In this document: positions 24,451-35,569 of the stretch, piece by piece
Layout of the letters: every line of letters begins with the position of its first letter
How positions within the stretch are numbered: the stretch's first letter is position 1
The notes under the pieces: generated by a model
Databases searched by the model: none
Told to the model about the DNA's origin: nothing
Seen by the model: the letters and a program-made list of their open reading frames with translations, nothing else
Position numbers and translations under genes: made by a program
IMG/VR virus record: IMGVR_UViG_3300037506_000345
Span: 1-36,697 of that record
DNA length: 36,697 nucleotides
Strand: one strand, 5' to 3'
Origin: a virus
Taxonomy: Duplodnaviria > Caudoviricetes

Positions 24451-25467
24451 ATGAGCATCCACAAATACCTGCAGAAGACCACGCCGGAGATGGACGCACT
24501 GTACCGGGCGTGCGCGTCGACCGTCTACGCCGAAGCCCTGGCGGCCCGCCAGGAGTTCACCCAGGCTCTGACCATGCCCCTGCGGCAAGGCGTGCTCCGG
24601 GGCGACATCCTGCAAAACATCTTCGAGCCGATGCGGTTCGAGTACGGGCAGACGCCCGAGTTCCAGCTCGACTTCTTCGGCCCGTCGAGCGAGAACGACT
24701 TCATCGCCTACGTCATCCCTGACACCGGCGCGATTCCGCAAAAGAGCATCTCGGGCGACTACGTGATGGTCCCCACGTACGAGATTGGCGCCAGCATCGA
24801 CTGGCCGGTCAAGTACGCCCTGAACGCCCGGTGGGACGTCCCCGCCCGCGCCCTGCAGGTCCTCGAGTCGGCCTTCGTCTACAAGATGAACCGCGACGGG
24901 TGGCGGACCATCCTGGCCGCCGCCAAAGGCCGCAACATCGTCGTGTACGACGACCAGGCCGCGTCCGGCCTCTTCTCCAAGCGGCTGGTGTCGCTGGGCG
25001 AAATCAGCATGCGTCGCAACGCCGGCGGCAACTCGACCTCGCTGAACCGTGGCCAGCTGACCGACCTGTACATGAGCCCCGAGAGCCACGCCGACGTCCT
25101 CAGCTGGGACCTGACCCAGGCGCCCGACGCGCTGCGACAGCAGATTTACATGAACTGGTCCAACTCGGGCATCGTTCGCATCGGCCGGGTCAACCTCCAC
25201 GACCTAGACGAGCTGGGCGTCAACCAGGAGTTCCAGACCTACTTCACCGGCACGCTGGGCGGGGCGTTCCCGACCGACAAGGTCGAGCTGCTCGTCGGCC
25301 TCGACCTGACCAACCGCGACGCGTTCGTCATGCCCATGAGGGGCGACGGCGTCCAAATCGTCGACGACCCGATGTTCGCCCGGCAGCGTCGGATGGGCCT
25401 CTGGGGCAACGCGGAATTGGGCTTTTCCTGCCTAAACAATAGGCGTACCCTCCTGCTGGCAGCCTAA
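24451..25467 (+). CDS. Major capsid protein
   Basis: 338 aa, strong codon bias, VMVPTYEI and LTDLYMSPE motifs; followed by a terminator. Confidence 0.85.
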   Translation: MSIHKYLQKTTPEMDALYRACASTVYAEALAARQEFTQALTMPLRQGVLRGDILQNIFEPMRFEYGQTPEFQLDFFGPSSENDFIAYVIPDTGAIPQKSISGDYVMVPTYEIGASIDWPVKYALNARWDVPARALQVLESAFVYKMNRDGWRTILAAAKGRNIVVYDDQAASGLFSKRLVSLGEISMRRNAGGNSTSLNRGQLTDLYMSPESHADVLSWDLTQAPDALRQQIYMNWSNSGIVRIGRVNLHDLDELGVNQEFQTYFTGTLGGAFPTDKVELLVGLDLTNRDAFVMPMRGDGVQIVDDPMFARQRRMGLWGNAELGFSCLNNRRTLLLAA

Positions 25468-25494
25468 CCAATCCTCCCGCCGCCACTCTCCTTC

Positions 25495-25525
25495 GGAAGG
25501 CCCGCGGCCGCGGGCCTTTCTTGTT
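25495..25525 (+). terminator. Intrinsic terminator after MCP
   Basis: GGAAGGCCCGC-ggcc-GCGGGCCTTTC-TTGTT. Confidence 0.8.
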
Positions 25526-25546
25526 AGATGTCGCCTGGAGGAGGTA

Positions 25547-25600
25547 ATGATGACCATCTCTAAGGCGTTGGGGGAAAACAAGCTGGCTGTCGCCGCTTAA
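25547..25600 (+). CDS. Micro-ORF MMTISKALGENKLAVAA (17 aa)
   Basis: Very strong RBS GGAGGAGGT; bounded by two terminators; ssrA-tag-like C-terminus. Confidence 0.55.
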   Translation: MMTISKALGENKLAVAA

Positions 25601-25610
25601 ACCGCTTGGA

Positions 25611-25642
25611 AAGGCCAGCACCCGCTGGCCTTCCTCCTTTTT
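25611..25642 (+). terminator. Intrinsic terminator-like hairpin
   Basis: AAGGCCAGC-accc-GCTGGCCTT-cctccTTTTT. Confidence 0.7.
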
Positions 25643-25681
25643 GGGGTGGCGGTGTATCCCCCCGGTAGGAGGGATTGGCCG

Positions 25682-26173
25682 GTGTGGACCGAAGAGGCCA
25701 TCGAGATGCTGCGTGTGATGGTTGACGACTACGGCGCGACGCCGAAGTACTCCGACGCGCAGCTGACCAGGGTGTTGGTGGTGGCGGCCTACCAGGTGCT
25801 GACCGAGGTGGAGTTCCCCGCGGAGTACTCGGTGAGCATCTCCGGCCAATCCATCACCCCCGACCCCTCGCAGGGGGAGGGCAAGAACGACTCGTTCATG
25901 AACCTCCTGTGCATGAAGGCCGCCTGCGTGATTGACCGCGGCACGGCGGCGACCGCCGCGGGTCGCGCCATCTCCGTTCGGGACGGCGGCTCGTCCGTGG
26001 ACCTGCGCGGGGTCTTCCAGGGCAAGTTCGAGATTCTCAAGCGCGGGTGGTGCGCGACCTACGAGGACGCGAAGCTCGACTACCAGGCGGGCGAGTCCTC
26101 CACGGCCGGGGCGGTCGTCACCACCCCGTTCAGGCTTCTGGTTAACGGGAACAAGGGGGAGACGTGGCTGTAG
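25682..26173 (+). CDS. Head-tail adaptor-like protein
   Basis: AGGAGG RBS + GTG; LRVMVDD...YSDAQL; position after MCP. Confidence 0.7.
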   Translation: MWTEEAIEMLRVMVDDYGATPKYSDAQLTRVLVVAAYQVLTEVEFPAEYSVSISGQSITPDPSQGEGKNDSFMNLLCMKAACVIDRGTAATAAGRAISVRDGGSSVDLRGVFQGKFEILKRGWCATYEDAKLDYQAGESSTAGAVVTTPFRLLVNGNKGETWL

Positions 26174-26673
26174 CGAAGGTTGTCGAGGGGGCCAACTGCG
26201 TCGAGGGCGGCGCGGCCATCAGCCCACGCGGGGGGAAGGCCAAATACCTGTTCACGCCCGAGATGGCCCAGACGTACGGCTCCGGCGCGGCCCTGGGCCA
26301 CCACCAGGTCGTCAACGGGCGGTACCTCGTCCACGCACCGTTCCCGGCCAATCCCAACGAGAGGAACTCCGTCACCAACGGCGAGGCCTCGGTCTACCTC
26401 GGCAGGTCCGGGTCCAACCGCCGGCACGCTCTTTACCAGGTGGGGTGGGGCTACAACGGCACCCCGTCGGGGGCCGGAGCGTTCCGCGTCGAGTCGCCCT
26501 CGGGGACCATCGTCTACGGCCCCGTCCCGGTCACGTCGGCCGGCGCCGGGGAGTTCTCCTGGCCCGACGGCCTCCTCCTCGGCGAGGACTCCGACGCCCT
26601 CGTCGTCCTGGCCGCCGGCGGGGGCGGCGTCACCGGCCGCGTGAGCATCGGCTCCCGGGGGATTAGGGGTTGA
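26164..26673 (+). CDS. Hypothetical virion protein
   Basis: Coupled start, phage codon bias. Confidence 0.7.
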   Translation: MAVAKVVEGANCVEGGAAISPRGGKAKYLFTPEMAQTYGSGAALGHHQVVNGRYLVHAPFPANPNERNSVTNGEASVYLGRSGSNRRHALYQVGWGYNGTPSGAGAFRVESPSGTIVYGPVPVTSAGAGEFSWPDGLLLGEDSDALVVLAAGGGGVTGRVSIGSRGIRG

Positions 26674-26825
26674 GGCCGCATTCGCTCACCGGGCTGAGCG
26701 GCCTCCCGCCTCAGCAGTCCGAGCCGGCGCCCCCCGCCCCCGAGGAACCGGGCGGCGGCTACCTCTTGCTGGAAGATAACACGCCGCTTCTCCTCGAGGA
26801 CGGCGAGGAGTTCCTGTTGGAGTAA
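26670..26825 (+). CDS. Small protein ending in LLLED...LLLEDG...LLE repeats (51 aa, not in ORF track)
   Basis: TTGA coupling; YLLLEDNTPLLLEDGEEFLLE*; directly precedes the KISAL-type fibre gene. Confidence 0.7.
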   Translation: MRPHSLTGLSGLPPQQSEPAPPAPEEPGGGYLLLEDNTPLLLEDGEEFLLE

Positions 26826-26828
26826 ACT

Positions 26829-28979
<2,151 letters not shown>

Positions 28980-28988
28980 GGGGTTGAC

Positions 28989-30499
28989 ATGGGCACAAAA
29001 ATTTCCGGGTTGCCGGCGGCACCTTCCGCAGACCAGGCCACGACGATACCAGTCCTTGCCAGCGGGGCCAACTTCAAGGCCACGCAGGCGCAGCTGGTGG
29101 GCGGGGTGGCCAACAACTTTGTGCGGCCACAGACGTTTTCGTCGGAGGGGGGGCGGCCGTACTGCTTACCGGCGTTGACGGCTACGTCCAGGCCACGCCG
29201 GCCGAGGACGACATGAACATCGTGTTCCAGGCCGTCCCGATAGCCGGCGCGGGGTACGGCTTCCAGAAGGTCTACTTCCAGTACTCGACCAACGACTCGT
29301 CCTCGAACAACTCCTTCACGATTGTCAAGGTGGACGCGTCCGGGGCGGAGCCGACCTACCTGCGGATGGACGACTCGTCCTTCAAGCTGACCTCCCAGCA
29401 CATCTACCTGGACGGCAACGTCGGCGTCGGGACAGGTGGTGCCGGGGCGAGCGCTACAAACACCGTTATTGTCAAGAGAGGCGTAGCCCCGACCACCTCG
29501 CCCGCCGACTGCGCCCAGATGTGGGTGGCCGACTTCGTGGCCGGGGACGCCCGGTTCTACATGCGGACGGAGGGCGGCGTCACGACCCAGGTCGCCGGCC
29601 TGGGGCTGGCCAACACCTGGACCAAGTCGCAGAAGATTGAGGTGCAGGACACGGGCGTCGGGGTCGACCTGCTGACTCTCTATTCGGGGAACGGCCTGGA
29701 AGAGACGCTGACGGTGTCTAGCTATGCGGCCGACTACTACATCACGACCGCCGGCACGGGCGACGCAAACCTGAAGGTGGTTGCCGGCGGCGAGGTCGTC
29801 CTCAACGGGGCGGCGGGCAACAGGTCGGCCGGCTCGCTCTTGGTCGGCGCGTCGGCCAGCGTCGGGACCAGCGGCGTCCGCGTCCTGGCCGTGCAGAGCG
29901 GCACCGCCCCGACCACCTCGCCCGCCGACTGCGCCCAGATGTGGGTGGCCGACTTCGCGGCCGGGGACGCCCGGTTCTACATGCGGACGGAGGGCGGCGT
30001 CACGACCGAGGTCGCCGGCCTGGGGCTGGCCAACACCTGGTCGGCGTCGCAGACGTTCAACGAGAACGTCGCCGTCTTCTCGACCAAGACGTTCGGCTTC
30101 GCCGACGGCACGGTGGTGACCAGGCCGGCCTCCAACACGTTCCGTTTCGCCGGGGGGGGCGGGGGCATGCCCGCCGACGTCTCCTTAATGCCGAACACGC
30201 CGGCCCAGCTGGTGGCCGACCAGAACGACTACTCGCCGGGGGCGGGGTTTAACCAGAGGTGGAGCAGCGACGCCTCCCGCTCCGTGACGGGGATGGTGGC
30301 CGGCTCGCCTGGCATCATACGCTACATATGGAACGTCGGGAACAACAACATAGTGTTCAGTCACGAAAACGCGTCCAGCTCGAGCGGCAACAGGTTTTTG
30401 ACGTCGTCGGGGGCGGACCTCACCCTGCCGTCTGGGCGGTGCGCGATGGCGATGTACGACAACTCCTCCACGAGGTGGAGGGTGGCACTTTTATCGTGA
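28989..30499 (+). CDS. Second fibre-like protein, split by a -1 frameshift at G7 (29147-29153)
   Basis: N-terminus paralogous to 26829 (KISGLPAA...QAQLVGGV). The homology (VLLTGVDG vs ILLTGDDN) continues only in the frame of ORF 29213-30499. Confidence 0.75.
29486..30040 (+). repeat. 135-bp direct repeat (29486-29620 and 29906-30040), 2 mismatches
   Basis: Both encode APTTSPADCAQMWVADF-x-AGDARFYMRTEGGVTT-x-VAGLGLANTW; offset 420 bp. Confidence 0.92.
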
Positions 30500-30512
30500 A
30501 GGAGGTTGGCCA

Positions 30513-30854
30513 GTGGCCCTGGAAAAAGTTTTCGACAGCGAGTATTTGACGGCGGCGTTGCCCGAGGCGTACCACCGCATCACCGGGCTTTCTCTGGACT
30601 TCGCGAGGCAGTCGGCCCAGGTGACGGTGTCGGTCTACGAGAGCAAGGCCGCGAGGGACGCCGGCAAGGCCCCGCTGTCGACCCGGGCGATAAACATCAC
30701 CCCGGTTGACTACCCTCAGTTCCAGGTGGTGGTGGGGTCGGCCATGACCACGGCGCAGGACCCGGTGGGGACCCTAGCCTACGACATCGCCAGGAGGTCC
30801 CTGTACGCACTCCTCAAGGAGAGGGAGGAGTACCAGGGGGCGAAAGACGCCTGA
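30513..30854 (+). CDS. Fibre-associated small protein (chaperone-like)
   Basis: AGGAGG RBS; AYHRI...Y-x-SKAARDAG...LYALLK; follows the fibre genes. Confidence 0.7.
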   Translation: MALEKVFDSEYLTAALPEAYHRITGLSLDFARQSAQVTVSVYESKAARDAGKAPLSTRAINITPVDYPQFQVVVGSAMTTAQDPVGTLAYDIARRSLYALLKEREEYQGAKDA

Positions 30855-31372
30855 TGGGCAAGCTGTTCACCCTGGACGACGAGACCAAGGCCCTCGTCCG
30901 CGACGCGTTCGACGACGTGCTGGCAGAGTTCGGCAAGCCGTGTCTTCTGGTCTACCCCCCCCGGTGGAAAAACTGCGTCAACTGCGTGCTGACGCCGGGG
31001 GCCCCGACGTCCAACCGGTGGAAGACGGGCGGGCCGATGCCGTTCCCCAACGGGTCGGCGTGCCCCATGTGCAACGGCGAGGGCCGGCGGGCCGAGGAGG
31101 TGACCGAACAAATCACCCTCCTCTGCGCGTGGGAGCCCAGGTCGTTCTTTTACCCCGTCCCCGGAATCGAGCTCCGGGCGCCCTACTCCGTCCTGCAGAC
31201 CAAGTGCTTCATGTCTGACGCCCCCAAGCTGATGCGGGCCGACCACCTCGTGTTCCAGGTCCCCGTCGAGGGGGTGGCCCGCAAGAAGTTCAAGCTGGAG
31301 GGGGCCCCGGGTGACGCCTCGAATATCATCCAGTCTAGGTATTGCGTGTCCCTCTGGGTGGAGATTCCTTGA
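30854..31372 (+). CDS. Head-closure-like protein with Zn ribbon
   Basis: GKPCLLVYPP, CVNC, CPMCNGEG; neck-module position. Confidence 0.7.
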   Translation: MGKLFTLDDETKALVRDAFDDVLAEFGKPCLLVYPPRWKNCVNCVLTPGAPTSNRWKTGGPMPFPNGSACPMCNGEGRRAEEVTEQITLLCAWEPRSFFYPVPGIELRAPYSVLQTKCFMSDAPKLMRADHLVFQVPVEGVARKKFKLEGAPGDASNIIQSRYCVSLWVEIP

Positions 31373-31965
31373 TACCACCCAGGCACCAAGCAGTATTGGA
31401 CGCGTACCTATCTGGCCAACCCTCTACATCGGCAGCCGCGATGGGCGGTTACGCGTCTCACAAGGCTTGTTTGTACATCCTTCGGAAATACGGATACGCC
31501 GACAGCATACGCACCCGCGAGGACTACAAACCACACTCTCACGACACGTCATTATTTGACGAAATCGACACGGGAAGCAAGGCGTATTGGCTGGGCTTCA
31601 TTTCGGCGGACGGTTGTGTCACCGACAACGGCGTTGTGCGAATTGCGCTGGCCGGCCAGGACGAGGGCCACCTTGTGAAGCTAAAACGAGACTTGCAGGC
31701 TACCCACCCTATTAGGGGGGTAACCCCGAAAGGGCGGGCCAAGCACCAAAGCGCGTTGTCTATCAACAGCCGAAAACTTGCCGGCGGGCTGCGGGCCCAC
31801 GGAGTTGTGCCGCGCAAGTCGCTGACGATGAAACCGCCCACCAAAGTGCCACTCCACCTGTTACGGCATTATTGGCGTGGTATGGTTGACGGCGATGGCA
31901 GCTTGTTCGTTAGCAGAAAATATGCTAACCTTCGCAAGGCTGTAGAAATAAGCGGGGCCAACTGA
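31369..31965 (+). CDS. LAGLIDADG homing endonuclease, second domain truncated
   Basis: AYWLGFISADG and HYWRGMVDGDG; only about 21 aa follow the second motif; lower GC. Confidence 0.85.
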   Translation: MIPPRHQAVLDAYLSGQPSTSAAAMGGYASHKACLYILRKYGYADSIRTREDYKPHSHDTSLFDEIDTGSKAYWLGFISADGCVTDNGVVRIALAGQDEGHLVKLKRDLQATHPIRGVTPKGRAKHQSALSINSRKLAGGLRAHGVVPRKSLTMKPPTKVPLHLLRHYWRGMVDGDGSLFVSRKYANLRKAVEISGAN

Positions 31966-32633
31966 TGGAGGTCACGCTCACCGCCGACCTGACGGACATA
32001 GACACCCTCCTGCTAGCCATCGACGCGGAGGTCAAGTCGGCGGTGGACGCCATGACGGCGGCGGTGGTACGTCGGCTCAAGCGGGAGGTGCCGAGGCTGG
32101 TGTACGAGCTGGTGCAGTCGTCGCCCGAGGCGGCGTCGCTGAAAGGCGGGCGGCTCAGGGGGGAGATGGGCCTGGTGGACCCGGACCGGGCCGTGGCGGA
32201 GATATCGTCGGCAGTCGCGGCGGCCGCCGACATCAGGCAAATCCCCTGCGTGGTCAGGGGCGGGGTGGTGTCTAGCGGAGGCGTGGACGTGGGGCTGCTC
32301 AGGAGTAACATGTCGGACGCTCTGTCCGCCGAGTTGTCGTCGTTCGTCTCCGAGGGGAAGTTCCGCATCCCGTGGCTGAGCTGGCTCCTCAAAGGGGGAG
32401 ACCGCGTGCTCGTGAGCGAGTACCAGTTCTACCCGGGGAACTACCCCAACTCCCGCACGGGCATGGGCATCATGAGGACGCCGAGGGGGAGGAGTAAGTT
32501 TTCCGCGGGGTGGTCCGTGCCGACCGAGTTTAGCGGCACCGAGGGCGACAACTGGCTGACCCGCTCCCTTGGTAAAATCATCGGCCCGATAACCACCATC
32601 GTCGAGGAGGAGGTCGCCAGGGCCTTCCGCTGA
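31965..32633 (+). CDS. Neck/tail-completion-like protein
   Basis: IPWLSWLL-x-x-GD, SRTG, WSVP-x-EFSGT-x-x-DNWLTR; position. Confidence 0.65.
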   Translation: MEVTLTADLTDIDTLLLAIDAEVKSAVDAMTAAVVRRLKREVPRLVYELVQSSPEAASLKGGRLRGEMGLVDPDRAVAEISSAVAAAADIRQIPCVVRGGVVSSGGVDVGLLRSNMSDALSAELSSFVSEGKFRIPWLSWLLKGGDRVLVSEYQFYPGNYPNSRTGMGIMRTPRGRSKFSAGWSVPTEFSGTEGDNWLTRSLGKIIGPITTIVEEEVARAFR

Positions 32634-33595
32634 TGCCGACCCACACTTCGTTCCGCGGGGTCTCCGACTGGGGGGAGTCCCTCCTGTCCGACCAGCTCGA
32701 GGCCAACCTCGTCTCGTTCTTCTCGTGGGCCAGCCTCGGCGCCGGCGGGTTCTTCGACGTCCGCATCCCGTCGTCGGGGGCCTACGGCGGCGACATGCAC
32801 CGGCTCAGGCGGGCGGAAGACCCCAACTACGACGCCGGGCAGGTCTGGGAGGCGTTCCGCAAGGACTGGGTGTGGGAGTCGGGGGTGGAGAACCCCAGGC
32901 AGCCCATCCGTGTCTCGGGCGTCTACGTCGGCGGCACCTTCCACCCGGCCACCGGGGTCGGGCCGTACGCCCACACGGTTGACTACCCGCACGGCAGGGT
33001 GGTGTTCGCCTCGGGCCTGCCCGCGAACTCGGTGGTCACGTGCGAGTACTCCTACCGCGGCTGCCAGTGGGTCCCCGGGGATTCCCCCTGGTGGAGGGAG
33101 GTGCAGACCAACTCCCTGCGGGTGGACGACGGGCAGTTCCTCTCCTACGGGTCTGGGGCTTGGTCCACCCTATCGCAGAGCCGCGTCCAGCTCCCCGCCG
33201 TCGTGGTCGAGGCCACCCCCAACGCCCGCCGGCACGGCACCGCCCTGGGCGGCGGCAACACCGTCACGCAGGAGGTGCAGTTCCACGTCCTCGCCGAGAC
33301 GCCCTACGAGCGGAAGTTCCTCCACGACCTGGTCGCCTACCAGTGGCAGAAGCGGCTGGTCGCCTACGACCGCAACCTGGTGTTCGCCCTCAACAGGTTC
33401 CCCCTCGACGAGAACGGCTCGCCCTCACCGTCGGGACTCATGTACCCCTCCCTGATTAAGCCCAGCGGGGAAGGCGGGTGCGGCTGGGAGAGGCACATCC
33501 GCTTCGTGGAGGTGCAATCGACCCAGCCCCCCAGGTCGTCGGCCCCGCTCTACACGGCCGTCGTCAGGGGGCTGTTCGAGGTCGATTTGCCGTAG
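32633..33595 (+). CDS. Tail terminator-like structural protein
   Basis: RVQLPAVVVE...LGGG...FHVLAE; precedes the tube gene. Confidence 0.65.
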   Translation: MPTHTSFRGVSDWGESLLSDQLEANLVSFFSWASLGAGGFFDVRIPSSGAYGGDMHRLRRAEDPNYDAGQVWEAFRKDWVWESGVENPRQPIRVSGVYVGGTFHPATGVGPYAHTVDYPHGRVVFASGLPANSVVTCEYSYRGCQWVPGDSPWWREVQTNSLRVDDGQFLSYGSGAWSTLSQSRVQLPAVVVEATPNARRHGTALGGGNTVTQEVQFHVLAETPYERKFLHDLVAYQWQKRLVAYDRNLVFALNRFPLDENGSPSPSGLMYPSLIKPSGEGGCGWERHIRFVEVQSTQPPRSSAPLYTAVVRGLFEVDLP

Positions 33596-34173
33596 GCCGA
33601 CTCGCGATGTCTAGCGACCTCCTCGCACACCTGAAGAAACTTGTCGAGGGGGTACTCCTTCTTTATCATGTTAACGTCCTTGTGCACCCACCAGACGTTG
33701 CCGGGGACGTAGCCCTTGGTCGAGTCTATCCGGTCTAAAGACGCCGTTTGCCCGTCCGCTTTTTGCAGAAGCCTCCTAGACTCCATCAGGGAGAGAGACC
33801 TACCGGTCAACGCGCATCGTCCCCCTTGTTGTTGGAAGAGGCCCCAGGCTTGCTCTATGGTAATCTCAAACAACAAACCCCTTTTGCGAGCCGAACACCT
33901 CGTCACCGCAAAATACTCGCCCGAGAGGTCCTCACAGCCGCACCATTTCCTGGACAGCTTGCCCCTACGTTTGGTCTTGGCCATGCACCCGCACGAGGAT
34001 GCTGCGCCGGAAAACAGGCGATAGGTCGCTCGTGTCACCACGCTACCACAAACACACTCGCACCCCCACGCGGTCCTGCCGGGAAGGCGCGTCTTCCTTT
34101 TCAGAGTGAAGCTGCCCACCACGTCGCCAACGTTGTAACGGTGATTCGCCCTCAAGCACCCATCCCCTATCAC
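33550..34173 (-). CDS. HNH-type homing endonuclease (antisense insertion)
   Basis: CECVCG, SCGC, QGGRCALTG, ASLDRIDSTKGYVPGNV...VN-x-x-K. Confidence 0.88.
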   Translation of the reverse strand: MIGDGCLRANHRYNVGDVVGSFTLKRKTRLPGRTAWGCECVCGSVVTRATYRLFSGAASSCGCMAKTKRRGKLSRKWCGCEDLSGEYFAVTRCSARKRGLLFEITIEQAWGLFQQQGGRCALTGRSLSLMESRRLLQKADGQTASLDRIDSTKGYVPGNVWWVHKDVNMIKKEYPLDKFLQVCEEVARHRESAYGKSTSNSPLTTAV

Positions 34174-34187
34174 TATGTCCTACGAAC

Positions 34188-34216
34188 ATTTTACAACATA
34201 GCGAGAGGCCGGTCAA
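34188..34216 (-). promoter_or_regulatory. sigma70-type promoter TTGACC-17-TAAAAT for the HNH gene
   Basis: -35 at 34216-34211, -10 at 34193-34188. Confidence 0.75.
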
Positions 34217-34293
34217 CAAAGGTTTCGGGTTCGTTGGGGTATTTACTGTTGCTACCACCGGCAAGCAATCACCAAAGGCATTGGAGATATTAA

Positions 34294-35310
34294 GTGTCGC
34301 AAAATCGCGTCTATTATGCCGTGCAAAGCGTTAGTGTATCCAAGTGCGGGCTAAACACTTACACTGCCATCCACGGGCTGCAGAGGGCCGGCATTAACAC
34401 CCGGTTCACGCTGGAGAGCGTGTTCGAGATTGGCCAGCTGGAGCTGTACGAGCTGTCGGAGACGCTGCCGGACGTCGAGGTGACCCTGGAGAAGGTGCTC
34501 GACGGCTACCCGCTGATTTACCACCTGTGCACGAACGGCGCGTTGTCTGCGAGCCTGTCGGGGCGGTCGAACGTGCGGTCGACCATCGGCCTGTCCATCT
34601 TCGGCGACACCCAGGACTCGGCGTCGGGCACGCCAATCGCCCAGTGCACGGTGTCGGGCGTGTACCCCAGCTCGCTCAACTACAACTTCCAGGTGCAGGG
34701 GCCGTTCACCGAGAGCGTGACCCTGGTCGGCAACAACAAGGTGTGGAACAACGTCTTCACCGCGCCGGCCTTCAACAACAACGACTCGCCCCTGGCCATC
34801 ACCGGCTCGGGCGGCGTCCAGCAGCGGCAGGACCTGCTGTTCGGCCAGGTGTCGACGGCGTGCCGCCTCCCTCCCGACATCCCCGGGGTGTCGGCGTCGG
34901 GGTACGTGCCGTACAACACGACCACCCAGGAGTTCGGCGCCCACCTGTCGAGCATCCGCGTCTCGACCAACCTGGGCCGCGAGCAGCTGTTCGAGCTGGG
35001 CCGGCGCGGGCCGTACCACCGGTTCATCCAGTTCCCCACGGAGGTCCGGTGCGACATCGAGGTGACCGCGACGGCCGGCGACTCGGTGACCGCACTCGAG
35101 GAGAGCGAGGCCAACCTCACCGACCGCACCATCTACATCGCCACCAAGGAGGGCACCAAGCTCAACCTGGGCTCCAAGAACAAGCTCAGCTCGGTCACCT
35201 ACGGCGGGGCGGACGCCGGCACCAACGGAGGTAATGCCACGGCCACCTATTCGTTTACCAACTACAACAGCTTGGTGGTCACACATCCGCAAGACCCGTC
35301 CGGGTTGTAA
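34294..35310 (+). CDS. Major tail (tube) protein
   Basis: GGAG RBS; NRVYYA, VFEIGQLELYE...PDVEVTLEK, LGREQLFELGRRGPYHRF; terminator follows. Confidence 0.78.
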   Translation: MSQNRVYYAVQSVSVSKCGLNTYTAIHGLQRAGINTRFTLESVFEIGQLELYELSETLPDVEVTLEKVLDGYPLIYHLCTNGALSASLSGRSNVRSTIGLSIFGDTQDSASGTPIAQCTVSGVYPSSLNYNFQVQGPFTESVTLVGNNKVWNNVFTAPAFNNNDSPLAITGSGGVQQRQDLLFGQVSTACRLPPDIPGVSASGYVPYNTTTQEFGAHLSSIRVSTNLGREQLFELGRRGPYHRFIQFPTEVRCDIEVTATAGDSVTALEESEANLTDRTIYIATKEGTKLNLGSKNKLSSVTYGGADAGTNGGNATATYSFTNYNSLVVTHPQDPSGL

Positions 35311-35332
35311 GTTACGACGAGTCTTGCCGTGT

Positions 35333-35367
35333 ACAAAGGCCCTGTTTATCGGGGCCTTTGTCCTTTT
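35333..35367. terminator. Intrinsic, possibly bidirectional, terminator
   Basis: ACAAAGGCCCTG-tttat-CGGGGCCTTTGT-CCTTTT. Confidence 0.8.
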
Positions 35368-35493
35368 CACCGCCTCGAAAGCGTCATCGCCCGCTCAAAA
35401 GTCCACGAGTTGCTGGATAGGCGGCCGCTCAAAGACTCCGCGCGGGCGGCAAGGCGAGCCGCCTAACACGGCATTCTCCTGCGTGTTCGCAGG

Positions 35494-35522
35494 ATTATGT
35501 CGAGCCGCGTGAGTGTGGTCAA
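35494..35522 (-). promoter_or_regulatory. sigma70-type antisense promoter TTGACC-17-CATAAT
   Basis: -35 at 35522-35517, -10 at 35499-35494; AGGAG and GTG micro-ORF 35469-35395 downstream. Confidence 0.65.
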
Positions 35523-35569
35523 CCAACGCGGTGGGGTGAGTATTACCCTGTGGGGACCCAGGGGAAAAC

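Noticed and set aside
29486-30040. Possible DGR template/variable repeat pair
   Set aside because: The two differences are T/C and C/G, not adenine-specific; both copies are in-frame coding; no reverse transcriptase in the window.
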